From: Candidatus Poseidoniaceae archaeon
GTDB lineage: Archaea > Thermoplasmatota > Poseidoniia > Poseidoniales > Poseidoniaceae
Reading direction: 5' to 3'
DNA: 64,000 nucleotides
NCBI GenBank assembly: GCA_030747695.1
Contig: JASLKG010000003.1
Coordinates: 18,300-82,299 of the forward strand
Below are positions 55,243-64,000 of this stretch, in pieces. Made by a program: the position numbers and the translations under genes. Numbering within the stretch: the stretch's first letter is position 1; each line of letters starts with the position of its first letter. The notes under the pieces were generated by a model that worked only from the letters and a program-made list of their open reading frames with translations, ran no database searches and had not been told where the DNA came from.

Positions 55243-57423
55243 ATGAGTGGAAGTGGAATTATCGAATATGCCGTCCTCATACCTCTGATGCCAATTTTGG
55301 CATTCCCTGTGATTCTATTCTTGGGTAAGATGTTTAATGGCACTCCAAGTTGGGTGAAGAATGTCAAGGAAGGAGGCTTGATTGCCCTTACTGTAATGGG
55401 AGCAGTCCTAATCTTGAGTATTCTTCTAATCAAAGAGAATTTGCATCATGGAAGTGCAGATCATATTTTCAATTGGCTAACTTCAAGTTGGTGGGATTCA
55501 GATACAGGAGCGATTCAGAAAAAGGTGTTTGGCGTTGGAATTTATATTGATCACCTGACAGTCATGTTGCTATTCGTAGCCTCATTCTTGTGTTTCCTAA
55601 TCAACGTGTTTTCTATTGGTTATATGAACACAGACCCAATCAACGATAATCGCAATCATCGATTTTATGCAGAATTTGTATTATTTTGTAGTGGTATGCT
55701 AGGGATGGTATTAGCAGACAGCTTCCTATGGCTATTCATATTCTGGGAAATAATGGGATTATGTTCATATCTATTGATTGGATTTTACTATGAACGTCCA
55801 TCCGCAGCATATGCTGCTAAAAAGGCATTTTTGACCACACGTGTCGGAGATGTATTCTTAGTAATTGGATTGGTTATGCTTTGGAATTTATTCGATGGCC
55901 ATCTCGACTATTCATATGTATTTAATCCTGAAAATATTCAAGCCGTGGATCAAGGAGCATTACAAATTGCACTTGGAATGATGTTTGTTGGTGCTGTTGG
56001 TAAATCTGCACAATTCCCATTACATGTATGGTTACCTGATGCTATGGAAGGGCCAACCCCCGTTTCAGCTCTTATTCACGCAGCAACAATGGTTAATGCA
56101 GGCCTATATTTGGTTGCAAGAATGTTCCCATTCTTTGCAGAAGCAGAATTAGGAGCATTATCAGATGTTGCAATAATCATTGCAATAATTGGAGGAATTA
56201 CAGCAGTGATGGCAGCATTAATTGCATTTGTACAAATGGATTTGAAAAAGGTATTAGCGTACTCAACAATGAGTCAATTAGCTTACATATTTACTGGATT
56301 AGGCTCTGCACTGTGGTTAGCAAATAATGGATATGACGATTTGGCAAAGTTTGCTATGGGGGCATCATTATTCCACTTGTTCAATCACGCTATGGCGAAA
56401 GGCATGCTCTTCATGGCCTCAGGTTCAGTAATTCATGAAATGCATCATGCACACCATGAAGTAGCACATCATGATGATCATGATGATGATCATTTCGATG
56501 CACAATCTATGGAAAATATGGGTGGCCTTGCATCTCGAATGCCAATTACAGCTACGGCAATGCTAGTAGGAAGTATGTCGATTATCGGCATACCATTTAT
56601 CGGCGGATTTTGGTCTAAAGAAGGGATAATTTCCAGTGCATGGCAAGTTGCTTTGAAAGAACCAATATTCATATTCCCTGCTTTACTTATTCTAATTGGA
56701 GCAGGTATGACAGGATTCTATATGTCTAGAATGTGGTTCATGACATTTGCAGGAAAGCCAAAAACAGAGGTCGCAGAACATGTACATGAACAGACACCAT
56801 GGATTCCAATCCCCTTAGTGACATTGACTTTCATGACCCTGTTTGCTATTGTATTGGCGTTTATGCATTCTGGACATTGGCTTGGCGATTTTGATAATGG
56901 GCATTATACCTCTGATTTAGTACATGGTGCTGCTGATGAAATGCATCATGTATTTGCAAATGATGATCCATTCTTACTGTTGTTAACTTATGTTGCAATA
57001 GGCCTGTCCTTGGTACTTGGGCCTTCTCTTGCAATGGCATTGTATGGAGGACGTCTTGATGAAGGACAAAAAGCCAAACCCTGGATACAATGGGCAATAA
57101 ATTTGTCATCAAAGGTTCGTCGTTCAAGCCATTTCGATAATAGTGCATGGGCGGAATCGAGTTTTGCTAAATCATTACACAAGCGTCTACACTTTGATGA
57201 TTGGTATGATGCTGCAATGATGAAAATAGTAGTTGGCTTCGCAAATCTATCAGCATTGTTTGATTCAAAAATAATCGATGGGGCAATTAAAGGAATAGAA
57301 TCATCTTCTCAAGGAGCTAGTCGCAAGATTAGACTTCTTACAACCGGTTCCGCGCGCGATTACATTATGATGGCTGCATTAGGAACACTTGCAATCTTTT
57401 TGATGCTATGGGGGGTGGCCTGA
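55243..57423 (+). CDS. nuoL: NADH-quinone oxidoreductase subunit L
   Basis: Antiporter-like motifs WEIMGLCSYLLIGF, GKSAQFPLHVWLPDAMEGPTPVSALIHAATMV, plus a C-terminal long-helix region. Confidence 0.92.
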   Translation: MSGSGIIEYAVLIPLMPILAFPVILFLGKMFNGTPSWVKNVKEGGLIALTVMGAVLILSILLIKENLHHGSADHIFNWLTSSWWDSDTGAIQKKVFGVGIYIDHLTVMLLFVASFLCFLINVFSIGYMNTDPINDNRNHRFYAEFVLFCSGMLGMVLADSFLWLFIFWEIMGLCSYLLIGFYYERPSAAYAAKKAFLTTRVGDVFLVIGLVMLWNLFDGHLDYSYVFNPENIQAVDQGALQIALGMMFVGAVGKSAQFPLHVWLPDAMEGPTPVSALIHAATMVNAGLYLVARMFPFFAEAELGALSDVAIIIAIIGGITAVMAALIAFVQMDLKKVLAYSTMSQLAYIFTGLGSALWLANNGYDDLAKFAMGASLFHLFNHAMAKGMLFMASGSVIHEMHHAHHEVAHHDDHDDDHFDAQSMENMGGLASRMPITATAMLVGSMSIIGIPFIGGFWSKEGIISSAWQVALKEPIFIFPALLILIGAGMTGFYMSRMWFMTFAGKPKTEVAEHVHEQTPWIPIPLVTLTFMTLFAIVLAFMHSGHWLGDFDNGHYTSDLVHGAADEMHHVFANDDPFLLLLTYVAIGLSLVLGPSLAMALYGGRLDEGQKAKPWIQWAINLSSKVRRSSHFDNSAWAESSFAKSLHKRLHFDDWYDAAMMKIVVGFANLSALFDSKIIDGAIKGIESSSQGASRKIRLLTTGSARDYIMMAALGTLAIFLMLWGVA

Positions 57424-59142
57424 GTGAGTTCAAATTCAGTTATTGATCTAAAGGGCAAAGAGTTCCTCCTTATCGGAGGTCTTACTGTCTCTGTTGCATT
57501 ATTAGCAGCCTTTTTCCCAGATCTTGGATCCAATGGCGAGGGAGCAGTAGACTGGATTAGTATTCCATTAGTTGGATTCCCAATTATTACAGCAGGAATT
57601 ATGTTAGCATTTGCTAGTCAAGAAAATCGTTCTCGAAGAAAGATGCTATCTAGTCCAGTACGATTAGCAACGTTTGTATTTTCATTAATTCCATTAGCTA
57701 TTTCTACAGCATTATTCTTTGATTGGTTAATTGCAGTTAATTGGGATTTGTCATACAATGAATATGCACTTGAAAGCCAATATGCTTGGATTGATTCTAT
57801 AGGTGTATCTTGGCATGTTGGAATGGATGGATTATCATTCCCAATGGTTTGGTTAACTACTTTCTTAGTCCCAGTTACAATATTGACTACATGGGATGAA
57901 AAAGACGGAGCAACTTATCATCCACTTTTGTTAATGATGGGTGGTGCATTAATTGGAGTATTTGTTTCCTTGGATCTATTCCTCTTCTACGTGTTTTGGG
58001 AATTAACTCTGATTCCTATGTTCTTCTTGATTCTAAAGTGGGGAGGAAAAGATAGACGTTATGCTTCACAAAAATTCTTCATCTACACTTTCTGTGCATC
58101 AGTAATCATGTTACTTGGTTTGATAACTCTTTACTTTATGATTCCAGAAGGTAGCGGTGAAGGCTATGGTACAATTACTGGACGTACTTTTGATATGAAG
58201 GCAATATTGTCTTATGCTGCAGCTGAAAATTTGGGAGATGGTGTCTTCCTTGGAATGGGTATGCAGCAAGTATTGTTTTGGATGCTTATGCTTGGCTTTT
58301 TGGTTAAGTTGCCTGCGGTTCCATTCCACACGTGGCTGCCAGATGCCCACGTTCAAGCACCTACTGGGGGCTCTATGTTATTGGCTGGTGTAATGTTGAA
58401 AATGGGAGCATATGGAATGCTTCGTCTTCCAGTAGCATTATTCCCAGATGCATTGATAGAATTCCAAGATTGGGTGATGATCATTGGTTTAGTGTCATTA
58501 GTATGGGGCTCAGTAGTATGTTTGGGACAAACTAATTTGAAGCGAATGGTTGCGTATTCATCAGTATCTCACATGGGAGTAATATTGCTAGGTATTGCTA
58601 GTATGCAACCATTGGGATATGATGCGGCTCTATTCATGATGTTCGCACATGGTATTATTTCCCCAATGCTGTTTGCAGTATGTGGTTCCTTCAAACACCA
58701 TTACCATTCAATGGAGATAGGTTCAATGCGAGGAATGGCAAAGTTTTCACCATATCTTGCAGTGTATATGATGTTTGGATGGATGGCTAGTTTGGGGTTG
58801 CCATTATTAGCAGGATTCGTTGCAGAATTAATGATCATGATAGCATATTGGCCAGTATATGGCTGGTGGATTTTGTTACCAGGATTCGTGCTTGCAGTGA
58901 CTGCTGCATACTATTTATGGTCAATGCAAAGAACAATCTTTGAGGGTGGAGATGAAGGTCAACCGCCAGAAAGTATGCTAGGAGAGACACCTCCAGATAT
59001 TTCGCTTCATGAAAACATTGGAATGTTTATACTTGCAGTATTTACTGTAATATTTGGAATATTCCCATTCATTGCTTTAGGAATGATGGGAGATTGGAGT
59101 ACTGCATTCTTCGAAGGCGTATTCAAATTGGGAGGTATCTGA
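57424..59142 (+). CDS. nuoM: NADH-quinone oxidoreductase subunit M
   Basis: FYVFWELTLIPMFFLI and KLPAVPFHTWLPDAHVQAPTGGSMLLAGVMLKMG. GTG start directly after the nuoL stop. Confidence 0.92.
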   Translation: MSSNSVIDLKGKEFLLIGGLTVSVALLAAFFPDLGSNGEGAVDWISIPLVGFPIITAGIMLAFASQENRSRRKMLSSPVRLATFVFSLIPLAISTALFFDWLIAVNWDLSYNEYALESQYAWIDSIGVSWHVGMDGLSFPMVWLTTFLVPVTILTTWDEKDGATYHPLLLMMGGALIGVFVSLDLFLFYVFWELTLIPMFFLILKWGGKDRRYASQKFFIYTFCASVIMLLGLITLYFMIPEGSGEGYGTITGRTFDMKAILSYAAAENLGDGVFLGMGMQQVLFWMLMLGFLVKLPAVPFHTWLPDAHVQAPTGGSMLLAGVMLKMGAYGMLRLPVALFPDALIEFQDWVMIIGLVSLVWGSVVCLGQTNLKRMVAYSSVSHMGVILLGIASMQPLGYDAALFMMFAHGIISPMLFAVCGSFKHHYHSMEIGSMRGMAKFSPYLAVYMMFGWMASLGLPLLAGFVAELMIMIAYWPVYGWWILLPGFVLAVTAAYYLWSMQRTIFEGGDEGQPPESMLGETPPDISLHENIGMFILAVFTVIFGIFPFIALGMMGDWSTAFFEGVFKLGGI

Positions 59143-59143
59143 T

Positions 59144-60826
59144 ATGATTGAACCATTTTCTCCAGAGTTTTGGAAAGTCCTTGCTCCAGAAACAGTGTTA
59201 TTGCTTGGTCTGATAGCAGTCTTTGTTATTCCAAATTTGGGTAATACTACTTTTAGAATACCTTTAACCAAAATCCAAGTTCCATGGTTCCTTGGAGGCA
59301 GGCGCTTCCGATTGACAGGAGCAGCACATTTACCAGGATTGATAGGTTGTGCAACATTACTAGGTTCACTATTGCTTCTGGTCATAGGGCAATTTGATGG
59401 AAGTTTCAAAGTAGAAACAATTGGAACAGGCGAACTTGTTCTTTTCAGAATAGATGAATTTGCAAGATTATTTGAGATGATATTTTTGTCAGCAGTATTC
59501 CTTGCTTCAATGGCTAGTTTGGATAGAGTTCCAGCAACAATATATGAGGAAACAGATGAGCTTGAGGAGATGTATAACAACCGCAGACAAGCAGATCTCT
59601 ACATACTAATGCTGACCGTTGCTGTTGGAATGTGTATGGTTGCACTTGCTCAAGATTTATTCGTATTATTCGTAGGTCTCGAACTTGCAAGCCTTGCAAC
59701 CTACGTTCTTGTTGCATTCCATAAGGAAACAAAAGCAGGGGCTGAAGCAGGTGTTAAGTATTTCATTACAGGTTCTGTTGCTAGTGGAATTGGTTTGTAC
59801 GGTTTGTCGTTATTGTATCTAGAATTTGGTAGTTTGCAATTAAACGATTTAGCAGCTGGATGGTCCGAGAGCGGTGTTTTAGCGATTATTGCTCTAGGTT
59901 TGGTATTAGTAGGATTTGGTTTCAAAGTTAGCGCAGCACCATTCCACTTTGCAGCACCCGATGCTTATGCGGGAGCAAATAGTCCTGTGGCAGGAGTATT
60001 AGCTACAGCATCCAAAGCGATGGGAATTATTGGATTGATTAGAGTATTGGTAGTTGTGGCGCTTCCAAATACAGAAGGTAGTGCTGTTTGGGTTTACACG
60101 TTAGCAGCATTATCTGTAATTACAATGACATGGGGTAATATTGCCGCACTCGGCTCAAAGAACCCCAAACGAATGTTAGCATATTCATCAGTTGCTCATG
60201 CTGGATATATGATGGCTGCACTCACAGCTGTTGGTGCTTGGAGATGGGGCCATATTTCTGCACCTGCCAACTATGCAAATGTTGTAATTGCAGCAGTATT
60301 GTTCCACTTAGTAGTATTAGTAGCTTTCAAATTAGGCGCATTCCTTGTTCTAGGATTACTTGAAATGGAAGGAGGAGCATCTCGCTTATCTGCTCTTTCA
60401 GGACTTGGGCGCAGAGATCCTTTGATTGCAGCTTGCATGTTCATATTCATGCTTGCTCTTGCAGGAGTGCCTCCCCTTGCAGGATTTATGTCAAAATTCC
60501 TTGTTGTTGCAGGTATAGTTAGTACAGGAGTTGGCGACATTACTACATCTCGTGGAGATTTATTAATCGGAGATTTACATTGGGTTTGGTGGCTTGCACT
60601 TGCCTTGTTCATAAATAGCGCAATTTCAGTATTTTACTATTTGCGCATAGGCGTTGTCATGTTCCTTGAACCTCCTGAAGAGGGTCGAAGAAAACCATTG
60701 CCATATGGCGTTTCAATAAGGATGACAATTTGGTTTTGTGTCTGTGCAACCATCTTTTTGGGAGTGTCGGGCGATTTCCTTATTGATATGTGTCATAAGG
60801 CTGCAGAGAGCCTCAACCTTGTTTGA
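59144..60826 (+). CDS. nuoN: NADH-quinone oxidoreductase subunit N
   Basis: VGLELASLATYVLVAF, FKVSAAPFHFAAPDAYAGANSPVAGVL and KRMLAYSSVAHAGYM. Confidence 0.92.
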   Translation: MIEPFSPEFWKVLAPETVLLLGLIAVFVIPNLGNTTFRIPLTKIQVPWFLGGRRFRLTGAAHLPGLIGCATLLGSLLLLVIGQFDGSFKVETIGTGELVLFRIDEFARLFEMIFLSAVFLASMASLDRVPATIYEETDELEEMYNNRRQADLYILMLTVAVGMCMVALAQDLFVLFVGLELASLATYVLVAFHKETKAGAEAGVKYFITGSVASGIGLYGLSLLYLEFGSLQLNDLAAGWSESGVLAIIALGLVLVGFGFKVSAAPFHFAAPDAYAGANSPVAGVLATASKAMGIIGLIRVLVVVALPNTEGSAVWVYTLAALSVITMTWGNIAALGSKNPKRMLAYSSVAHAGYMMAALTAVGAWRWGHISAPANYANVVIAAVLFHLVVLVAFKLGAFLVLGLLEMEGGASRLSALSGLGRRDPLIAACMFIFMLALAGVPPLAGFMSKFLVVAGIVSTGVGDITTSRGDLLIGDLHWVWWLALALFINSAISVFYYLRIGVVMFLEPPEEGRRKPLPYGVSIRMTIWFCVCATIFLGVSGDFLIDMCHKAAESLNLV

Positions 60827-60868
60827 ACAAGTATTAGACTTCAAGTATGAAGTGCTGCTCGCCAAATC

Positions 60869-61390
60869 ATGGGCCGAAGGCGCGAAGAGAAAGTCGACGA
60901 GGAAGAGTTAGCACGTCTAATGGATTCTGGGACTGGCGAGTCTTCTAAGATTAGAGTAAAAATGCCTAATAAAAAAGTTAACGAAATGTTTGCAATTGCC
61001 GAACAGATTCTTGGTGGAAGACGTGTAACAGTTCTTTGTGCAGATGGCGAAACAAGAATGGCACGAATTCCAGGTAAAATGCGTCGTAGGCAGTGGGTTC
61101 GTGAAGGAGATCTGATTATTGTATGGCCTTGGGATTTTCAAGATTCAAAAGCAGACGTAAAGCACCGATATACAAAAACACAGGCATTTTATCTTTCTAG
61201 AAAGGGCGTATTACCAACAGATGTTGATATCTTTGGAATGAATACCACAACAGAAGATTTCGATGATGATGATGGATTATTTTCTAACAGTGGTGAAGAT
61301 ACACCAGAAGAAGTCCCAGTTGAAGAAACAGGCGCAGAAGTAGAAGAGGATGACGACGACGACGATGAAATCGATGAATTATTCGGTTGA
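60869..61390 (+). CDS. eif1a: Translation initiation factor aIF1A with a ~50-aa acidic C-terminal tail
   Basis: S1/OB core NEMFAIAEQILGGRRVTVLCADGETRMARIPGKMRRRQWVREGDLIIV. Tail ...EEDDDDDDEIDELFG. Confidence 0.9.
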   Translation: MGRRREEKVDEEELARLMDSGTGESSKIRVKMPNKKVNEMFAIAEQILGGRRVTVLCADGETRMARIPGKMRRRQWVREGDLIIVWPWDFQDSKADVKHRYTKTQAFYLSRKGVLPTDVDIFGMNTTTEDFDDDDGLFSNSGEDTPEEVPVEETGAEVEEDDDDDDEIDELFG

Positions 61391-61445
61391 ATTAGGTCAA
61401 TGTTGAACATATGGGGACTACTAGCCTGATGCAGGAGGGCATCTA

Positions 61446-62411
61446 ATGGCTAATCATGACTGGGACGAAGAACTGTCACGCGACACTAAGCAACGCCGAC
61501 ATAATCGAAGGCGGAAGAAATTAGATGCAGACGAAATTCATATGAAGGCAGAATCCGCTGAATTTGTGAAATCTTTAGATCGATCTAAAGATACAGGTTG
61601 GATGAAAGAATCGAAATATAAGCGAATGTTTAACGAGATTGAAAACAGTTTAGCTGGAGTCATGGGTTCAGGACCGTTTGAATGGGTCGATAGACGAGTA
61701 TTCGATGCAGTCTTTGATCGATTAACTTTGATGAGTTTATACAAATTAATGAAAAACGGCGAACTTGAAACACTTGACTTTCCTATTGCTAGAGGAAAAG
61801 AAGCACATGTTTTTCATGGAACATCAGAAACTGGTCCTGTTGCAGTAAAAATTTTCCATACCTCAAATGCAGTATTCAAGAATTTAGTTCAATATATTGA
61901 GGGAGATCCCCGCTTTGGGGGGCTCAAAAGAAGACATCGAGATTTGGTTGACATATGGGTTAGGAAGGAATTTCGCAATCTTTCAAGATTAGCAAAATGG
62001 GGGTTGCAGGTACCCAAACCCTTGGCAGTCCACAAAAATGTGCTAATTATGGAATACCTTGGAACCAATAATGCTCCATCACCGAGATTAAGAGACGTCG
62101 TAATTCCAGACCCTAAACCTGTGTATGAAAGTTTACTAGAATTTTTAGCAATTGCATGGCAAAAAGCGGAAATGGTTCATGGAGATTTTTCACCATATAA
62201 CATAATGTGGCATAGTGACAATCCAGTTGTGATTGATGTAGGCCAATCTGTAGTGCAATCCCATCCAAAGGCGCAAGAATTTTTGGTTAGAGATGTTACA
62301 AGATTGGTTGAATGGGCTAACAAAGCAGGATTAGATATCGAACTTGCAGAAGCAATGTATGATGTACTTGAGATGGACTTATCTCATGTAGAGATATCTG
62401 AAGAAGAATAA
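61446..62411 (+). CDS. rio1: RIO-type serine/threonine protein kinase (Rio1-like)
   Basis: GKEAHVFHG...VAVKIF, LIMEYLG, HGDFSPYNIMW and VIDVGQSV. Conserved aIF1A-Rio-KH gene order. Confidence 0.9.
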   Translation: MANHDWDEELSRDTKQRRHNRRRKKLDADEIHMKAESAEFVKSLDRSKDTGWMKESKYKRMFNEIENSLAGVMGSGPFEWVDRRVFDAVFDRLTLMSLYKLMKNGELETLDFPIARGKEAHVFHGTSETGPVAVKIFHTSNAVFKNLVQYIEGDPRFGGLKRRHRDLVDIWVRKEFRNLSRLAKWGLQVPKPLAVHKNVLIMEYLGTNNAPSPRLRDVVIPDPKPVYESLLEFLAIAWQKAEMVHGDFSPYNIMWHSDNPVVIDVGQSVVQSHPKAQEFLVRDVTRLVEWANKAGLDIELAEAMYDVLEMDLSHVEISEEE

Positions 62412-62457
62412 TTTGACAACCTAGGTATTGAAGAAGGACTGTCCTCCCGGCATAATC

Positions 62458-63201
62458 ATGCGACAGAGTCTACCTCGTGTTCCAAAAGACCGTATAGCGG
62501 TAATTATTGGTGCTAAGGGACAGACTCGTCGAGATTTGCAAAAAGCAGCAGGATGCAATCATATTAACATTAATTCAGAAACCGGTGACATAGAAGTTGT
62601 CTGGCCAGAAGCTGGAGATTATGATCCTGTAAAGGCATTAAAGTTACCAGATGTTATCAAAGCTGTTGGTAGAGGCATGGCTCCAAAAAGAGCAATACAA
62701 CTTTTACAGGATGATTGGTTTTTTGAGATAGTAGATTTAAGAGATCATGTTGGTAAAAGGTCTAATCAGCAACGCCGAATAAGGGCTAGAATTATTGGTT
62801 CTGAAGGAAAAATAAGAAAAATGATTGAACAACATACCGGTACTGAGATTTCAATATACAAATCTACAGTTGTACTTGTTGGAGAAGGGGCAGGACTGAT
62901 TAGTGCTAGACAAGCGATTGAGATGTTAGCCAGTGGTAGTGAACATGGTACTGTAATCAAATATCTTGAGAAAGAAAGACGTAAATCAAGATTAAGCGCA
63001 AGGTCTCTTGATTATATTGAAGAAAAAAAGGATGCTTCTCCTAGTTCAGAATTTTCAAATTTGGTTCCAGGGCTTGCAGAGGTTGCTGAGAGAAGAAATC
63101 GTCGATTAAAGGCGAATCAGGTAAACCCTGAAGACGAAGAAGCAGTAATTGGGATGATGGAGCTTGCTGAAGATGAAGAAGTCAATTGGGAGGAGGAATG
63201 A
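62458..63201 (+). CDS. Two-KH-domain RNA-binding protein (Dim2/Pno1-like) with an acidic C-terminal tail
   Basis: IAVIIGAKGQTRRDLQ and ARIIGSEGKIRKMIEQHTG. An alternative TTG start lies at 62428. Confidence 0.85.
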   Translation: MRQSLPRVPKDRIAVIIGAKGQTRRDLQKAAGCNHININSETGDIEVVWPEAGDYDPVKALKLPDVIKAVGRGMAPKRAIQLLQDDWFFEIVDLRDHVGKRSNQQRRIRARIIGSEGKIRKMIEQHTGTEISIYKSTVVLVGEGAGLISARQAIEMLASGSEHGTVIKYLEKERRKSRLSARSLDYIEEKKDASPSSEFSNLVPGLAEVAERRNRRLKANQVNPEDEEAVIGMMELAEDEEVNWEEE

Positions 63202-64000
63202 ATCTTCTTCGCTGATACCAAGCTATTGCAATTCCAACAATTAGTAGCGCACCTATCGTAGGTGCAAATGAGGTAACAACTCCAATCGAACTTACTGCAG
63301 CGCCAGTTACTACAAAGTGAAAATCATTGTTACCTTCGTCTCTTTCATCAATTAAGTCTGAAGAATCAATACGCAACCTCAAATCCCATTGCCCAGTATT
63401 CGGAACAGTATAATTCCATACAAGAACTTCAAATTGGTCAGACATATTACCAGCATCGATTACTTGTGTACGCATAACAGTCCAATCTACATCAGCAGAA
63501 CGATCTGCAGGGGCAGATTCAAGAGTAATTGTTACACTTCCACCGTATGGCTGATTTGAGATTAACTCACTAGTAATTTGTACATTTCCATTTGTATCAC
63601 CTGGCCTTACAATTATTCTATCAAGTGAGGTTGATGTTGAATTCCACGACAAATCCAATCCTGGCAGGATTTGAAATGATGCCGGGATTGTCGTAATTTC
63701 ATTACCAGCATTGTCAGCAACTATTGCCCTTAGCATCAAATATTGACGAGATTTTGTTGCCCACGATGAAAGCCCAATGTCTCCATCTAAGCCTGTAGTT
63801 CCAACATCGATCCACCTACCTGATTGATCAGGAGTGACCCCCACTCCATTCAAATCAAATCCATACTGGATTTTTGAATTAGCTAAATCTAGTCCAGATC
63901 CGCCATCATATGCAGAATATGACATATTTATTGTACCAACATGGCTACTTGTTAATTCATCAACAGTCCATGAAATACCTTCCGGATCTGTAATGTCAAC
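63182..64000 (-). CDS. C-terminal part of a large envelope protein (CARDB-like module + C-terminal TM anchor); 5' end outside window
   Basis: On the minus strand the frame stays open through 63926-64000 (my translation VDITDPEGISWTVDELTSSHVGTIN precedes the listed Met). DERDEGNNDFHF is a CARDB-type motif. TM helix IGALLIVGIAIAWY. Confidence 0.7.
   Translation of the reverse strand, partial: VDITDPEGISWTVDELTSSHVGTINMSYSAYDGGSGLDLANSKIQYGFDLNGVGVTPDQSGRWIDVGTTGLDGDIGLSSWATKSRQYLMLRAIVADNAGNEITTIPASFQILPGLDLSWNSTSTSLDRIIVRPGDTNGNVQITSELISNQPYGGSVTITLESAPADRSADVDWTVMRTQVIDAGNMSDQFEVLVWNYTVPNTGQWDLRLRIDSSDLIDERDEGNNDFHFVVTGAAVSSIGVVTSFAPTIGALLIVGIAIAWYQRRRFIPPPN

Noticed and set aside
1-64000. 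CRISPR arrays, tandem repeat arrays, IS elements and rRNA genes.
   Set aside because: Reading both strands by eye, I found no regularly spaced direct repeats, no terminal inverted repeats flanking a transposase-like ORF, and no rRNA-like stretches. Absence cannot be proven without a computational repeat search.

Overview
This is a 64-kb chromosomal window from an AT-rich, gene-dense archaeon. Genes are tightly packed, often with 1-4 nt start/stop overlaps, and GAGGTGA-type Shine-Dalgarno (SD) sites precede most starts, including TTG and GTG starts. Archaea-specific informational clusters are present: Pus10-L21e-RpoF-DUF655-KsgA, SecE-Spt5-L11-L1-P0-P1, L15e/RNase Z, and aIF1A-Rio1-KH(Dim2-like). 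Housekeeping genes lie between them: CorA, peroxiredoxin/thioredoxin-like, a J-protein, PGM/PMM, RidA, UppS, Nudix, MscS, HisRS, FtsZ and one intron-containing tRNA-Tyr. There is also an 11-subunit nuoABCDHIJKLMN operon without nuoEFG, a secreted M14 carboxypeptidase overlapping a Na+ symporter, and a ~15-kb run of five co-directional envelope-protein genes that includes an S8 subtilase. By inference only (gene order, low GC, giant secreted peptidases, nuo type), the source resembles a marine planktonic Thermoplasmatota / Marine Group II-like euryarchaeon; no database search was possible. I saw no CRISPR array, transposase, integrase or recognisable defence genes. The most unusual observations are: (1) an L11 gene encoding only the C-terminal domain; (2) Spt5 fused to a degenerate Nudix-like N-terminal domain; (3) a SAP-motif insertion in Pus10; (4) aIF1A with a long acidic tail ending in the same LFG motif as the P0/P1 stalk proteins; (5) a 265-nt highly structured intergenic region after the P1 gene that I could not assign to any RNA family; (6) the envelope-protein operon, in which two proteins carry cytoplasmic zinc-ribbon tails; (7) large insertions in NuoI and NuoH. 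All functional calls rest on motifs read by eye and on family sequences recalled from memory, so none is a computed alignment.
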